DNA of 64,000 nucleotides, taken from assembly GCF_000002075.1 (NCBI RefSeq), contig NW_004797458.1, positions 535,065 through 599,064 on the forward strand, written 5' to 3'. The DNA is from Aplysia californica (Eukaryota). Position numbers and translations under genes: made by a program. The notes beneath the pieces were generated by a model. That model was not told the origin of the DNA and ran no database searches. It saw only the letters and a list, made by a program, of their open reading frames with translations. This document shows positions 52,733-64,000 of the stretch, piece by piece; position 1 is the stretch's first letter, and every line of letters begins with the position of its first letter.

Positions 52733-53201
52733 GTAAGCCAATCTTCTAATCTTCTTTTCAAGTGAAAATCTGTATCTGATGCTTTCAGATTGGGGGAATG
52801 AAGGTAAACATAAAGAGAAGGTACCTCAATAATATTTACAAGACTTTAGCAGTAACTTCCCTTATAATTGGTATCAAAACAACCTCTGTCACTGTCCCGG
52901 AAATCCTACGGGCCATAGGCACAGCGCTGCACGGTTCACGCCTGTAAATTTTACGGGCATGGCAGCGAAGAGGTTAATGTGTAATATACTTTAATCCAAA
53001 AAAATAAAAGTGGGTGGTTGGTGGGTGTTTTGGTGTAGTTTGCTCCCTTTTTACTATCAAACATCTGTTGTCCGTATCTTTTCGACTTTTAATTTGTGTT
53101 TGTTACTCTCTGGTAAATTATATGACCTAATTGTGCTGCAGGTGCTGTAAAACTTTTCCTTCTTTTCCTAAAACAAAAATAAAACATTCTTATTTCCCTA
53201 G

Positions 53202-53279
53202 CCTCATATGTTACCTCCGATTCCTCGTGGTGAGAGAGGGGCGCGAATGGGGCCAAGGGCGTCAAATGGTCGGCGAAAT
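53202..53279 (+). CDS. RING-H2 E3 ligase exon 3 (PHMLPPIPRGERGARMGPRASNGRRN)
   Basis: CCCTAG acceptor, GTAAGT donor; 78 nt, phase 0-0, GC-rich island. Confidence 0.7.
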
Positions 53280-53460
53280 GTAAGTTGATTCCATCAGTTT
53301 GTCTCTTTGTCGTTCTCTGAGCTGATGGTTGAAGAGTGGTCTGGTCCTTCCACGATGTTTTCTTATGATTCTGTGTTCAGTTTCCCTTTAAAAATGTTAC
53401 CATTATAATACCAAATCACGGTTACTCACAACTCAACAAAAACTATTACTAATGTTTCTT

Positions 53461-53635
53461 TGTGGGTGGTTGGCGGGTGTTCTGGTGTGGTTTGCTCCTT
53501 CTTACCTATCAAAACCTCTCTATCGTCCCCATCTCAACTCTTTTTTTGTGTTTGTTAATCTCTCTTAACACATCTATTCTTCGGCACTTATATGACCTTA
53601 TTGTGTTGCAAGTGCCGTAAACTCTTACTAAAACT
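53461..53635 (+). repeat. ~170-bp SINE-like family (other copies: ~1-218 and ~1390-1580 on minus; ~39352-39545, ~42101-42270, ~53010-53155, ~54015-54180 and ~58275-58385 on plus)
   Basis: Shared GTGGGTGGTTGGYGGGTG head, pyrimidine-rich body, and TATGACCTTATTGTG.TGCAAGTGCYGTAAAAC end with an (ACTAAA)n-like tail. Confidence 0.8.
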
Positions 53636-53706
53636 ATTTTATTAAGTTTGTGTTTCTGCAAAAATTGAGGGTCTGTAATTACTTGGGTTATTTATTTTTC
53701 TCACAG

Positions 53707-53800
53707 GCAAGAGGAGCGATGTCCTTCATGAATGTTTACCCATCTGCTTTGCCCTGGCCCTTTTCATCGAGCATGGCAGAGGGAGACGATGATCACATGC
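53707..53800 (+). CDS. RING-H2 E3 ligase exon 4 (ARGAMSFMNVYPSALPWPFSSSMAEGDDDHM)
   Basis: TCACAG acceptor, GTGAGT donor; phase 0->1. Confidence 0.7.
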
Positions 53801-54378
53801 GTGAGTTGTTGGCTTTTGGGATTTAAACCTCACCCTGTTTATCCTGTTTTCTACTGCATCTTTTTTTACTAGTTTATACTGGATGCACTGATCGCTCTGT
53901 CGTTGTCATGCTGAACTACTGTGTGGATAACCATTGCTTGAATCTCGCAATGGGGAATTTTGGAGATTGGGTAGTATGTGGAGTTTTTCAAAGCTTTCTG
54001 TTGTCCTAAACTGTGAGTGGCTGGGAGGGGGGCTCTGGTGTACTTTTCTCCTTCCTTACTATCCAACACATATTGCCCTTTTCTTTCCTCCTCTACGTTC
54101 TATATTACTTTCTAGTAACATCTTTATTCTTTAGCACCCTTTAGACCCATTTATGATGCAGGTACTGTAAAACTCTTACTCGATTTAAAGTGCCCTAAAC
54201 TATTGCTAATGAAGTGTGACTTTTTAAAAAATGTGGGCTACAAGTTAACAGACTAAAACTATTTCCAACAGATTCTACAACTGTCATGTTTTTCTTTTGC
54301 AGTGCTACTAGAAAAAAGAAAGTAAAATACCTAACTGTTGACTTTGTCAAATTGTTGTGATTTTTTTCTTCTCCTTAG

Positions 54379-54434
54379 CACTCGTCATGGAATTGTTCCA
54401 TACCAATGGCTTGTTGGATACGGATGAAATTGAG
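54379..54434 (+). CDS. RING-H2 E3 ligase exon 5 (PLVMELFHTNGLLDTDEIE)
   Basis: CCTTAG acceptor, GTCAGT donor; phase 1->0. Confidence 0.7.
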
Positions 54435-55750
54435 GTCAGTCCCACTAGTTTTTACAGATTGTGTTAATAACAGTGCTTTCACTCTTACGTATTTTTATGG
54501 AAATCCTTGCTTTCTGCCAGTTCCGTACTTGTTCTTCCATCATTATCAACTCCCTCCGTTAAAAAAAAACTACGACAGCGTAGGACTGCCGAAATTCTGT
54601 TGCAAAAGATCCGTACTCGCCTTCATATCATCTTGTATAAGTTATGGATATTTACGGCAATTCTCTCGGCAACAAGTTAATGTTATAGCAGAAACCTGCC
54701 AGATTGCACATTTCCTGCAATCAGCTATTATTCCGCTATGCCTCTTGCATTCCTTGCGGGTTGGTCGGCAGTATATTTTTTATTTCCTCCTTTCTATCAT
54801 TCATTCACTCATTCCATCTTTGCGTTGATCAAATAAATTGACTTGTGATCTTAGACAGAAAATTACTGTCAGAAAGAAACTTCTTTTGCAAATCTGTCTC
54901 GATCTAGAGAAATTATCAATGCGAAGATTCTACGGTACGTGAACGCGATATAAGGGCTACGATGAAAGAAATATATGCTAAGACTACTAAAATCAGGAAA
55001 AATTCGAAAAGTGGTGTTCCGAGGTTGTGACAGGCGACATTCAGACGTGAAAACTATGGAAAAATTAGGGTATACGCTGGGCAACTGTATTGTGAAGGTA
55101 CATATCTATTCATTATTCCCAGGTTTGCCTTCTATCAATGATGCGACAACAAATTAATTGATAGTAGCTATGAAAGGGGAACTTGCTTTTAAACATTGCC
55201 AGCAATGGAAAGATATGTAGGTGAAGAAATCAAACAAGACAAAATGTTGGTGAAAAAATAAATGTTATGGGTTGTAGGCAATATCTTCAAACAGGCTCCC
55301 AAATGCCATTTTCAACCCTCTAAAAGCACTAAATTTCAATTTCTTTGGGGGGGGAGGTTCGTCCCCTGAGCACCCACTGGGGCGCTGCCCCTGGACCCTG
55401 CTGGGGGCCTCTGCGGCCCCCGGACCTGGTGCAGAATTTTCCTTACTTTTCAGCTTCAGCTGGTGGAAGCACTGTAATAAACACTGCACTCATGTGCACT
55501 TTGCAGTAGTGTTATGCCACTTTAAAAAAAACAACACATTTTCACTGAGGTACATAACATGAATGTAAATTTTATTTTTATATATTTTTTCGTTTGTTTG
55601 AATGTAAAGAAAATTAAAGTTTAATTGAATGTATTTCCAAAATCACCTTCCTTTTTCCTCCCCTTTGGGGGAACTTGTTGAAACTTTCCTGGCATTTACG
55701 AGGAACATTGAAGGTTTTGACAATTTCTTTTTCGTTTTTTCTTGTTTCAG

Positions 55751-55783
55751 TCTATTCTGAATCCAGTCTCTGAAGACTATGAG
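55751..55783 (+). CDS. RING-H2 E3 ligase exon 6 (SILNPVSEDYE)
   Basis: TTTCAG acceptor, GTGAGA donor. Supplies the YE of the conserved YExLLxL motif. Confidence 0.8.
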
Positions 55784-56330
55784 GTGAGATAAAAAAAAAA
55801 AAATTTTTTATTGGGGCACAAAATTTGAACAGTTGGTATTATGTTGGAGTGCATTTCTGATTAATTAAAAAAATTATTTTTTTTTAACTTAACATGTTTT
55901 GTGAAATCAAGCATCCATTCTCTTCTATGTTGTTAGGAACACAAACCCAAACCATTCTGTTTGCTATATTTAGGTTTTCTGTTTAGTATTGCAGTTAAAA
56001 TTCCTCTACTGAAAAACTTGATGTACTAATTGACTGGTCTTCTATTAGTGCATTGTCCTTTTATCATGTGATTAAAAGATTGATCATGTCCATCTTTTTA
56101 TCTCTTCAGTGTCACTGTTGCTTCAACTCAGTTTTGATTTGTGAGATGTACATTTTCTAATTCATTTTTCTTTTGAAAGTTCAGAGGAGTTTAGTGCCTT
56201 TGAAAGTGTCTTTGCTATTAATTTTTATCTTTGATTATTGAAAGTCGATAAAAGAAATGCTTGAAATATAAAGAATTTTTTTCTTTCATTTGTCAAACAA
56301 GATATTGGAATCAAATGGGTTTTTAAAAAA

Positions 56331-56871
56331 CCGCTTCGTTGCCTTATGACATACCTGTTATGTCATGAAAATGCGTAATTTTTAGCGCGGTGTCATACCA
56401 TGTACGTCACGGAAGTTGGCAAAATTTACCGCTCCTGGTTGCCTGAAGATTCGTATTTCGGAAATAAAATATGCTCATATCGGTACCAAATTTGCTAATG
56501 TTACTTTACTGCTAGGCTTGTAAGCAATCGATAAATGCAGATCTAGGCTTGCGGGCAGCCGCGTGCTCTTATAAAACGTAAACATTAAAATGACTTTAAA
56601 AAGTAAAATAAATTCACTTTTTGACTTAGATTTGCAGGTTATTCGAAATTATGAGTAAAATGGGAGAAAATGGGAATAAGAAAATTGTCAATTGAAGACC
56701 CAGTGCCCGAAATAATTGAAGACCCAGTGCCCGAAATAATAATGTCATGAGCACGCTAGATCTAAATATAGACTGCGGGTCCATTAGCACTAAGACAATA
56801 GGCTGCTGTTCTGGGAAAATGAGCTCAGCTGAAAATCAGTGCTCACAGTAGGAACCCTGGCAACGAAAGGG
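56331..56871. mobile_element. piggyBac-like MITE (degenerate TTAA sites)
   Basis: CCGCTTCGTTGCC...GGCAACGAAAGGG; internal 24-bp tandem duplication at ~56690-56738. Confidence 0.6.
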
Positions 56872-56953
56872 TTGAATTAATTTCCCAAAGGCAAGAAGAA
56901 ATAGAAGTAGAAAACAAAGCATTAAAAAACCCAACTTCATCCTGTCCCCTCAG

Positions 56954-57196
56954 CAACTACTGGCTCTAGCAGAGCAAATTGGGGAAGTGAACCGCGGCCT
57001 GTCAAAGTCAGAGCTGGACAAGCTTCCCACCAGCAAGCACCGATGTGACAGCTCGGAGGGGGCAGAGGCCGGGGCAGGCAGCGCAGACAGCCAGCAGTGT
57101 AACATCTGCCTCAACGACTACGAGAACGGGGACAGGAAGAGAAACCTTCCGTGCAAACACGACTTTCACAAGGACTGTGTGGATCAGTGGCTCAAG
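56954..57196 (+). CDS. RING-H2 E3 ligase exon 7 ([17 protein letters not shown]...CNIC...[15 protein letters not shown])
   Basis: RING-H2 ligands C-x2-C and C-x-H-x2-H-x2-C plus the conserved W. The [12 protein letters not shown] motif resembles RNF38/RNF44/Arkadia-type ligases. Confidence 0.93.
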
Positions 57197-57235
57197 GTGA
57201 GGGCCAGGTGTGTGTGTGTGTGCATGAGTGAAAAT

Positions 57236-57280
<45 letters not shown>

Positions 57281-58454
57281 GATAACAGAAAAGGGTCGAG
57301 GGTCAGTTTTAAACACAGTCAAATCTGCTCTCAAGACAATCACTTGTACGAATGACCACTCCCCCTTGCGTTTTTTAAATGACACTACTGTCTATGACAA
57401 CCATATGTCTGAGATGAACACTTTTCTTCTCAATAATAGATGGTCACCTTTGACTTTGCGGTTGAACCTGTCCATAACAGTCACTCAAGATCACAAAGAA
57501 AACTGTTATAGAGAGGAGGCCACTATGCGAATGTTTCATTTTTTTTGTGTGCCCCATTTCATTTTTTTCCAAATTGTCATCTATCATCAGAAGCAGTTTC
57601 TTTGCATTGACTGAATGTATAAACTCAGCCTCACCGACTACGAGAACGGGAACAGGAAGGGGGGTTGGCTGAAAACTTCTGTAATTTGTTGTAAATGACC
57701 ATAATGATCAGGTTGGGAAGCTGTCTTGTGGCAAAAATGACAAGCCGCGTCTTCGTTGGGTAGGGGTTACTAAGGGCAGGTTAAGAATATAGGAAAGGCA
57801 AAAGTGTGTTAAGGAACAGTGGCCATCAGTACAGGTGACTTCTATGGAAAGCTGACCTTGAAAGCAGGTTCGACTGTGGTTTATTTATAGAGGTGTCTAG
57901 TATCTGATCGCTGATACTTAAAAAGGTAAAACAAAATTTTACAAAAATTCTAATATGGGTATGTGAGTGGTTGATAAATGACTGTGATTTCCTCCTTCTA
58001 CTTTTTTGTGCCATCTTATTCACATACATGATTTTATGTTCTACATGTACCCCCGTTAAATAATGTTGAAATGTGAAATTTCTGTAATGAGCTTTTTAAT
58101 TTTTAGAAAATGGAAAAGCTGAGCATAAATTATATTATGATTATTACTATGTAAATTTAGTCTTTGATATTTATTTTGGTTCCTGTGGAATTTCCTGTGA
58201 ACAATGCAACAAGCTTACTGGCATCTCATGAAATGAGATAAAGACCCAAAGGCACTCTTCAGCAACTACAATCATCCTTATCTCTGCTCCTCCTTTTTTG
58301 TGTTTACTAACAACACTTCTAATCTTCCACCCTTATGTAACCTAATTGTGTTGCAAGTGCTGTAAAACTCCTTCAAACAAAAACCTCTTTAGCGAAGCAT
58401 TTTTCTCTCAGCTGATACGAGAGTTCAGAGTTCTTTCTTCTGTTTCCTCCGCAG

Positions 58455-58508
58455 ACCAACGCCACGTGCCCTGTGTGTCGTGCCGATGTCAAAGCAAAGT
58501 TTGTCTGA
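58455..58508 (+). CDS. RING-H2 E3 ligase terminal exon (TNATCPVCRADVKAKFV*)
   Basis: CCGCAG acceptor; CPVCR completes the RING; TGA stop. Confidence 0.92.
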   Translation, partial: TNATCPVCRADVKAKFV

Positions 58509-59036
58509 AGTCCTGATGTGTCATGCCCGGTGCAAGTCAAGTCCCTTAGGTTCCTTTTCTAGTTTATATTTCACTTTTAATTAATTGTCGTTGATAATGA
58601 TGAGGATGATGGTAATGATGATACTAACATGTGTTGTGGATGAGACTGAGAGGGGGCTGTCTGTTGGTGCTGTTGTTGTCAGTGGTGTCAGTGATGATTG
58701 GACGATGATTTATGGTGACCTGTAGCCACCTAAAGGTGTTGTTGTTGTGTGACTGATAGTGACACTGTCTGTGTATTGAAAGTCCTTTGTTGAGAAAGAG
58801 TGTCAGAAAATGTCATTGATAGTGGTGGGGATGACAATGCGTTGTTTATCCGGAATCTTCTCTCACTCTCAGCTGGGAGGTTCAAATATCTGCATGTGAA
58901 GTAGAGGTGGGTGCTAGTCGAGTCGGTACTGGCTAATATCGAGTACGCTATCGACTAAGAAAGCCCAAAATCGATTAGTACCAGGTACTTATTAAGATTA
59001 AACAAGGGGATGTAACAAAAGTTTCTAACTGTAATA

Positions 59037-59979
59037 CAGTAGTCTCTGCCACGGTGCACGGGAGGGCTATTCAGCGTGTGTTCATACGGAGCATGCGTTT
59101 ACATGTACCTTTGCAAAGGGAAGAAGGGACGCAGTTATCTCATGCCTTGATATTCTAGTGACATCCCTTGGAGGTAAAGACACAAAGGCACTCCTTTGCC
59201 GGATAATGTGACCACACGTGACTGTTTCGAGAAGGATGCCCGACTGTGGTGAAGAACACAAAAGGCGTTGAATGGGCTTTGGGCGTCAATGTAATTATGT
59301 GCACCGTAGAATGTCGGGAACAGATAGCATAAGAGGAAACCGTTGGTGATAGTCATAGGAGATGACGGCCCAGCCACGTGGCTTTTCAAGCGACCTACCC
59401 CGACCATAAATTCATGAACGACATCAGATTCATAGATCTCTACATTCAGAGAAACATTTGTCTTGTGATTCGTTGAACAAGTACGTTATAAGTTCTTCGA
59501 GCGCAGCTTATTAGGCTTACTTGACTAATTCTATAGAGGCCTATCTAGTGTTTTACAGCATTCACATGTATAGTGCATCGTAGGTCTAGGTTTAACTAAA
59601 CATTACTTGCAGTCTCCCAAACACCAGTCAGAAATTTTCTCTCTAAGATGCATTTCCAGTGACCAATCAAAAAACATTTCAGTCCCCCAACCCTCCCACA
59701 TTTCACCGATATCCTAGACCTATGTACTGTCTTGGGAAAATTGGGTATGAAAACGCTGTCTATCACTCTCTTTGTTCGGCGTAAGGGGCAGTCTCACCAA
59801 ATATCCGGTTTTCAAGGCATGTCTTATGCAAGCGTGTTCCGCAGATCAGAGCGTGCGTTTAGAGAAAGTGACTGCGTTTGTATGTCTAAATGAAAGAGTA
59901 AAAACACTGTCATTTGACGAAAGTGTGCGTTTGAGCGCAGCGTGTATTTGTAGGGTGTGCGTTTAGGCGGAGACTACTG
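59037..59979. mobile_element. Tc1/mariner (pogo/Tigger-like) non-autonomous element
   Basis: TA|CAGTAGTCTCTGCC...GGCGGAGACTACTG|TA. Confidence 0.8.
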
Positions 59980-60426
59980 TAATGTCGATCACTTTTCACT
60001 ATGGCCTTCGAGGCCACGAAATGCAGTATTGGGCCAGCATGTTTTTTTTTAATTTAGTTTTTTTGGGGTTTGTTTTTATTTTTTATTTTATTTTTTTAAA
60101 AAATTTTTTTTGGGGGGGGGGGGGGGGGCAGGGCTTCATTTTTCCTCCCTTCTTTTTATTTCTATTTTAGCAGTACCCGCGAATGTTGCCTTCTGAATTT
60201 TGGGGATCAACTGCATTCATGGACTCTTTGAATTCTTCCAAGTTCCACCATGGAAATCGGTTGCATGTCTTTGTATATTTATCATGGACTATAGTTTTTC
60301 AGTCAGCAGTATTATCAATGCTTTTTAGTAAAAAAAAAAATTTCCCAACAATCCAAAACTTGAATATTGATTAGTATCGACTAAACGGTGAAAATATCTA
60401 AGTACTTACTAAGGGGTCACTCTTAA

Positions 60427-61288
60427 CTCACTCGCTGCCGGCGCCTTTTCTCAGACTAAGCCGCTGCCTGCCTGCTATTTCTTACTTTTTTGAAAATCCA
60501 GTTACTCTGTACATATTTATGTTAGATTTATGAAAATTGGCCAGTTTCAGTAAGAGATGTTGAGCTTTACAGAACAGGAAGAATTTTGACTCTCTCTTAT
60601 TTTGTTCATGTTTTATGCTTTTCAAAAAACAACAAAGTTTGGCCAAACTTGCCAGTAAAATATTTTTACTGTTATGTGAGAGTGTTGCTGTTTCTGTCCT
60701 AAAATACACACAAAGTATATAACAAAACAAAGAAAACTAAATTGATAAGTTTATGATGACTTTGCCTAGATGCATGAATCATTTCATTAGTCATCGTATT
60801 AGACTCTAGTACTACGGTAGTACTAGACTCTAGTACTAGCCCACTGCTGACAGGTGATCTGCCTCTTTCTCTCATCTCAAACTACCATTATTTAACACTG
60901 CATCATCTGAATCAGATTTCATTGAATCATAAATGGATTCAGAATCTCTAAAATTACGAGCCATTTTGGCATGAGCATCGCAGTAGGGTTTGGTCCACTT
61001 CGGCACTTTGGCCGCCCGATGTTCAAAACAAAACCCATCTAAGTAGGACACAGGGAACTCCCGTTCCAAAAATAGGCAGAACTTCAAGGGAAATCATTCT
61101 AAAATAAAGTGAAACTGCTGTTAGTGGTCAAAGGGATGTTACTCTAGTAATTGGGCTATGCCGTTGCCGCATATGTCGGCAATTAGTAGAAATAAAGAGG
61201 AAAATATGCGACCGACAGGGGTGCAGTAGCGGCGGTGAGCGGTCGCCGCCTATTGACCGACTCAGGTGTGGCAATGGCGGTGAGTGAG
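60427..61288. mobile_element. piggyBac-like non-autonomous element
   Basis: TTAA|CTCACTCGCTGCC...GGCGGTGAGTGAG|TTAA. Confidence 0.8.
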
Positions 61289-64000
61289 TTAACAAGTACT
61301 GAGTACTGGTGTCCATTAATGCCCACCACTATTGTGAAGTACTCTGTCTCAAAAGATCCAGGTGTGTGCGTGTGTTGGTGAGGGATCTTCTATATTTTTG
61401 TAGAAGAATTGTTCAATGCCTTTAAGCATTTTGTAACTGATATTCCAAAGTAATCCTGCTGATATGAACCACCACGCGTGAAAGTGTGAAGAACGTGAGC
61501 TTTTGTTTGTTGAAAATTGCTCAAAATAATGTGTAAGTGAGATAAAAATCTATACATGTATTTTAATGTACACCAAATGATTTTTTAGTAAGCTCTTGGT
61601 GAAATATTAGCCTGAGTACAGTGGTAGCCCACTGTTTCCTGGAGCTGTCTGTCAGAAATATCAGTCTGTGTGTGTGTTTGTGTGTATGTATGCGCGATTG
61701 TATACATGGAAAACTTCACTTACATATGGGTTACGATACCAGAATCTTATGTAGGCGTACATACAGTAGAGTCCACGTATCTCGAACACGAAAATCACAA
61801 CCTCTCGGGTATCTCGAATGTAATGCTCGGCCCCATTTCAGTCCCTATGTTTTCTTTGTATTGACTTCACGGAGTTCCCGAACACTCGGAATGCACAACA
61901 CTCAGATCTTGAACAAATCCACTTCGCATTTTCAAATAAAGACCTGGCTATACAGCCACAAGAGGCTAGAGGAATGGGGAGGGAGGGGGTTGGGGAGTGA
62001 TGCTGCCCGCACCGCTCGCCATGCGTGCAATCATGCTGTGAGACACTCGCGGCGTAACGAGGTGTAACTTTCTGTAAGCCAATGAAATGAGAGGAAAGGG
62101 ATGACATGAGTCGGCTGTGCACACGTGAGATTTTCTGCTTTCCACTTTCATTCATCTTCTTGCTTTCACACCGTCAACACTTTCATCAAGGGAGCTAACC
62201 GCGTATTTTATTTTAATGTACTTTTTACCCCCTTGATTTTTCTCTATTTCTTTGTATTTGAGGCATTCACAGACATGACGAATTACGGAAATTTCAAACA
62301 CTATTTCCTGTCCCCGACGAATTGGTACAAAATTGTCCCTTGTTCTTTGTAAGTTACTCTTTTTGTGCTTTCATATTTTTCGTTCTGTAAGATTTGTTTT
62401 TTCCTTTTTATTTTGTGGTGAGCTTTACCGTTATATCATATCAAATATGTTTCACTGTGTTCATTGCGAATATCATTTACTACTCCATATCACAGAGATC
62501 AGATGAGTACCAATATAAAATGCATTTGTCAGCTGTTAGTTTACAAAGTTGCGCGCAAAAGGGAAGTTTTGTTTTATTTCTGATATTATTTTGTTCTTGC
62601 TGTCGGTCATTTTCAAATGTGTTCAATACTTACTTCCAAAATGCTCACAACATAATGATTTGGTATATGGGGGAAGAATTATGACTTGTTTGAGTGAATT
62701 TTGAGTGTGATTTTTTTTACTTTTAAACTGAAAGAAATGTATGTCTTCTTCTATTTCATCTTTAAATGTACATCCTAGTCTTCGGTGTGAAGGCTGCTGC
62801 TTGCCACTAGTCCTCCAGGTTCTTTACAGATTTGGGGCTCCCTGCCTTGCCTGGTTATGGCCCATATCTTCTAAGAGCTTCGTGCTTTGAAAAGGATTGG
62901 AATATTATACGATTTGCTGTCTGGCCGCCGGTTCTGGGTGGGTACTGCTCTGAGATGCGGATCCTGAACTTTGTGTACAGATGGTGTTCCAGGTGGTTGT
63001 GGTCTGTTCTGAATCTGAAGCAAACTACCTGGCCTTGACAGGTGAAAAGGTGGCAAGCGTCTTAAAAAAAAATAACATAAAAAAACATGAGACGTCTGTG
63101 GTGAAGTGAAGTGGTAGTAGTAGTAGGGATCGGTCTGCTTAAGTTGTAGCGTGGGTGTTGTTCCTTCTGCTTTGCTTGTAGCCCGATTTTGATGACACTT
63201 TTGACCTTCAAATAGATTTATCCTTTTTTCAGGCTGCCCTGATCGAGACCCTTCTTATGTGAAGGAATTGATTTCAATCTTTAAATCAGAGGCACCATGG
63301 CATAGATAATTATTTAAAGTGTTTACAATGACATTAAACCGTCCGGTAGCATCTGGCGGGCCGCATTTGGTGAGTTCATGCGTTTAACAATTTGTTTATT
63401 GCCTGTATAGTTTTTGTTTTGAACTGGTCAGCTGAATGTGTAATGCTATGGGCATTTCAGTTAACATAATGTTATGTTATAACTGATGTCTTATAAATTG
63501 TCCATTTGATATATATATATATAATCTTGAACATGTAATTTTCCTGCTAGTGTAAAGAGTAATGTAGGGTTTGTAAATCATCTTATTATATTTGCTCAGA
63601 TTGTGAATTTTCTCTTGATATTCACTTGTGGTGGGAGAGCGAGTGCTACCGGTAAGTTCTCTGACTGCTATACCCTGTCACTTCTTTTTTTTTCCTGTTT
63701 TTCCTCCAGCTCTAAATGATCATTATCTTAATGAGATGTTTTTTTAAAACTCAAACTAGCATTTCTTGCGTACGTCTCGATTTCATGTACACATAACTTG
63801 TTTCACAATGCCCCCCCCCCCCCCCCCGGGGCAGTGCTACTGACTGAAGTGTCTTTAGGCCATTCCAAAAGGAGGGGATGTTAACATGTTCTTATGCACA
63901 GTAGAATTGTAAATGAGCTGATTTATCAATGTCATGCTCATACTGTGCCTGAACAACATAGGGGGAACTGCTGCTTTTTCTTTCCTCATCCTTACTATCG

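Overview
Eukaryotic, intron-rich, repeat-rich animal DNA. It is probably a lophotrochozoan such as a mollusc, inferred from the repeat complement only. Three N-gaps are present. The window holds two divergent spliced genes that I assembled by hand from GT-AG exons. (1) Minus strand, CDS 24198->6529, 7 visible coding exons, about 490 aa: a p67phox/NOXA1 (NCF2)-like NADPH-oxidase activator. It keeps TPRs and the activation domain, but lacks the Rac-binding Arg102, appears to lack TPR4, and has no SH3/PB1 domains. These are replaced by a ~295-aa disordered tail with Pro-rich motifs. (2) Plus strand, CDS 38593->58508, 8 coding exons, 465 aa: a RING-H2 E3 ligase with a UIM/MIU-like motif. Introns and the intergenic region carry nested mobile elements. 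One is a Buster/Charlie hAT containing an L2-type LINE and a 188-bp inverted copy of its own right end. Another is a CACTA-like non-autonomous element containing a very young but defective Ty3/Gypsy, which has TA...TA LTR ends and an apparent self-priming (tRNA-independent) PBS. Also present are a full-length I/Nimb-type LINE with a 12-bp TSD, RTE fragments, tRNA SINEs, Tigger- and piggyBac-like MITEs, and a ~170-bp SINE-like family that is always co-oriented with the nearest gene. The most interesting observations are the atypical NOX activator and the self-priming Gypsy element.
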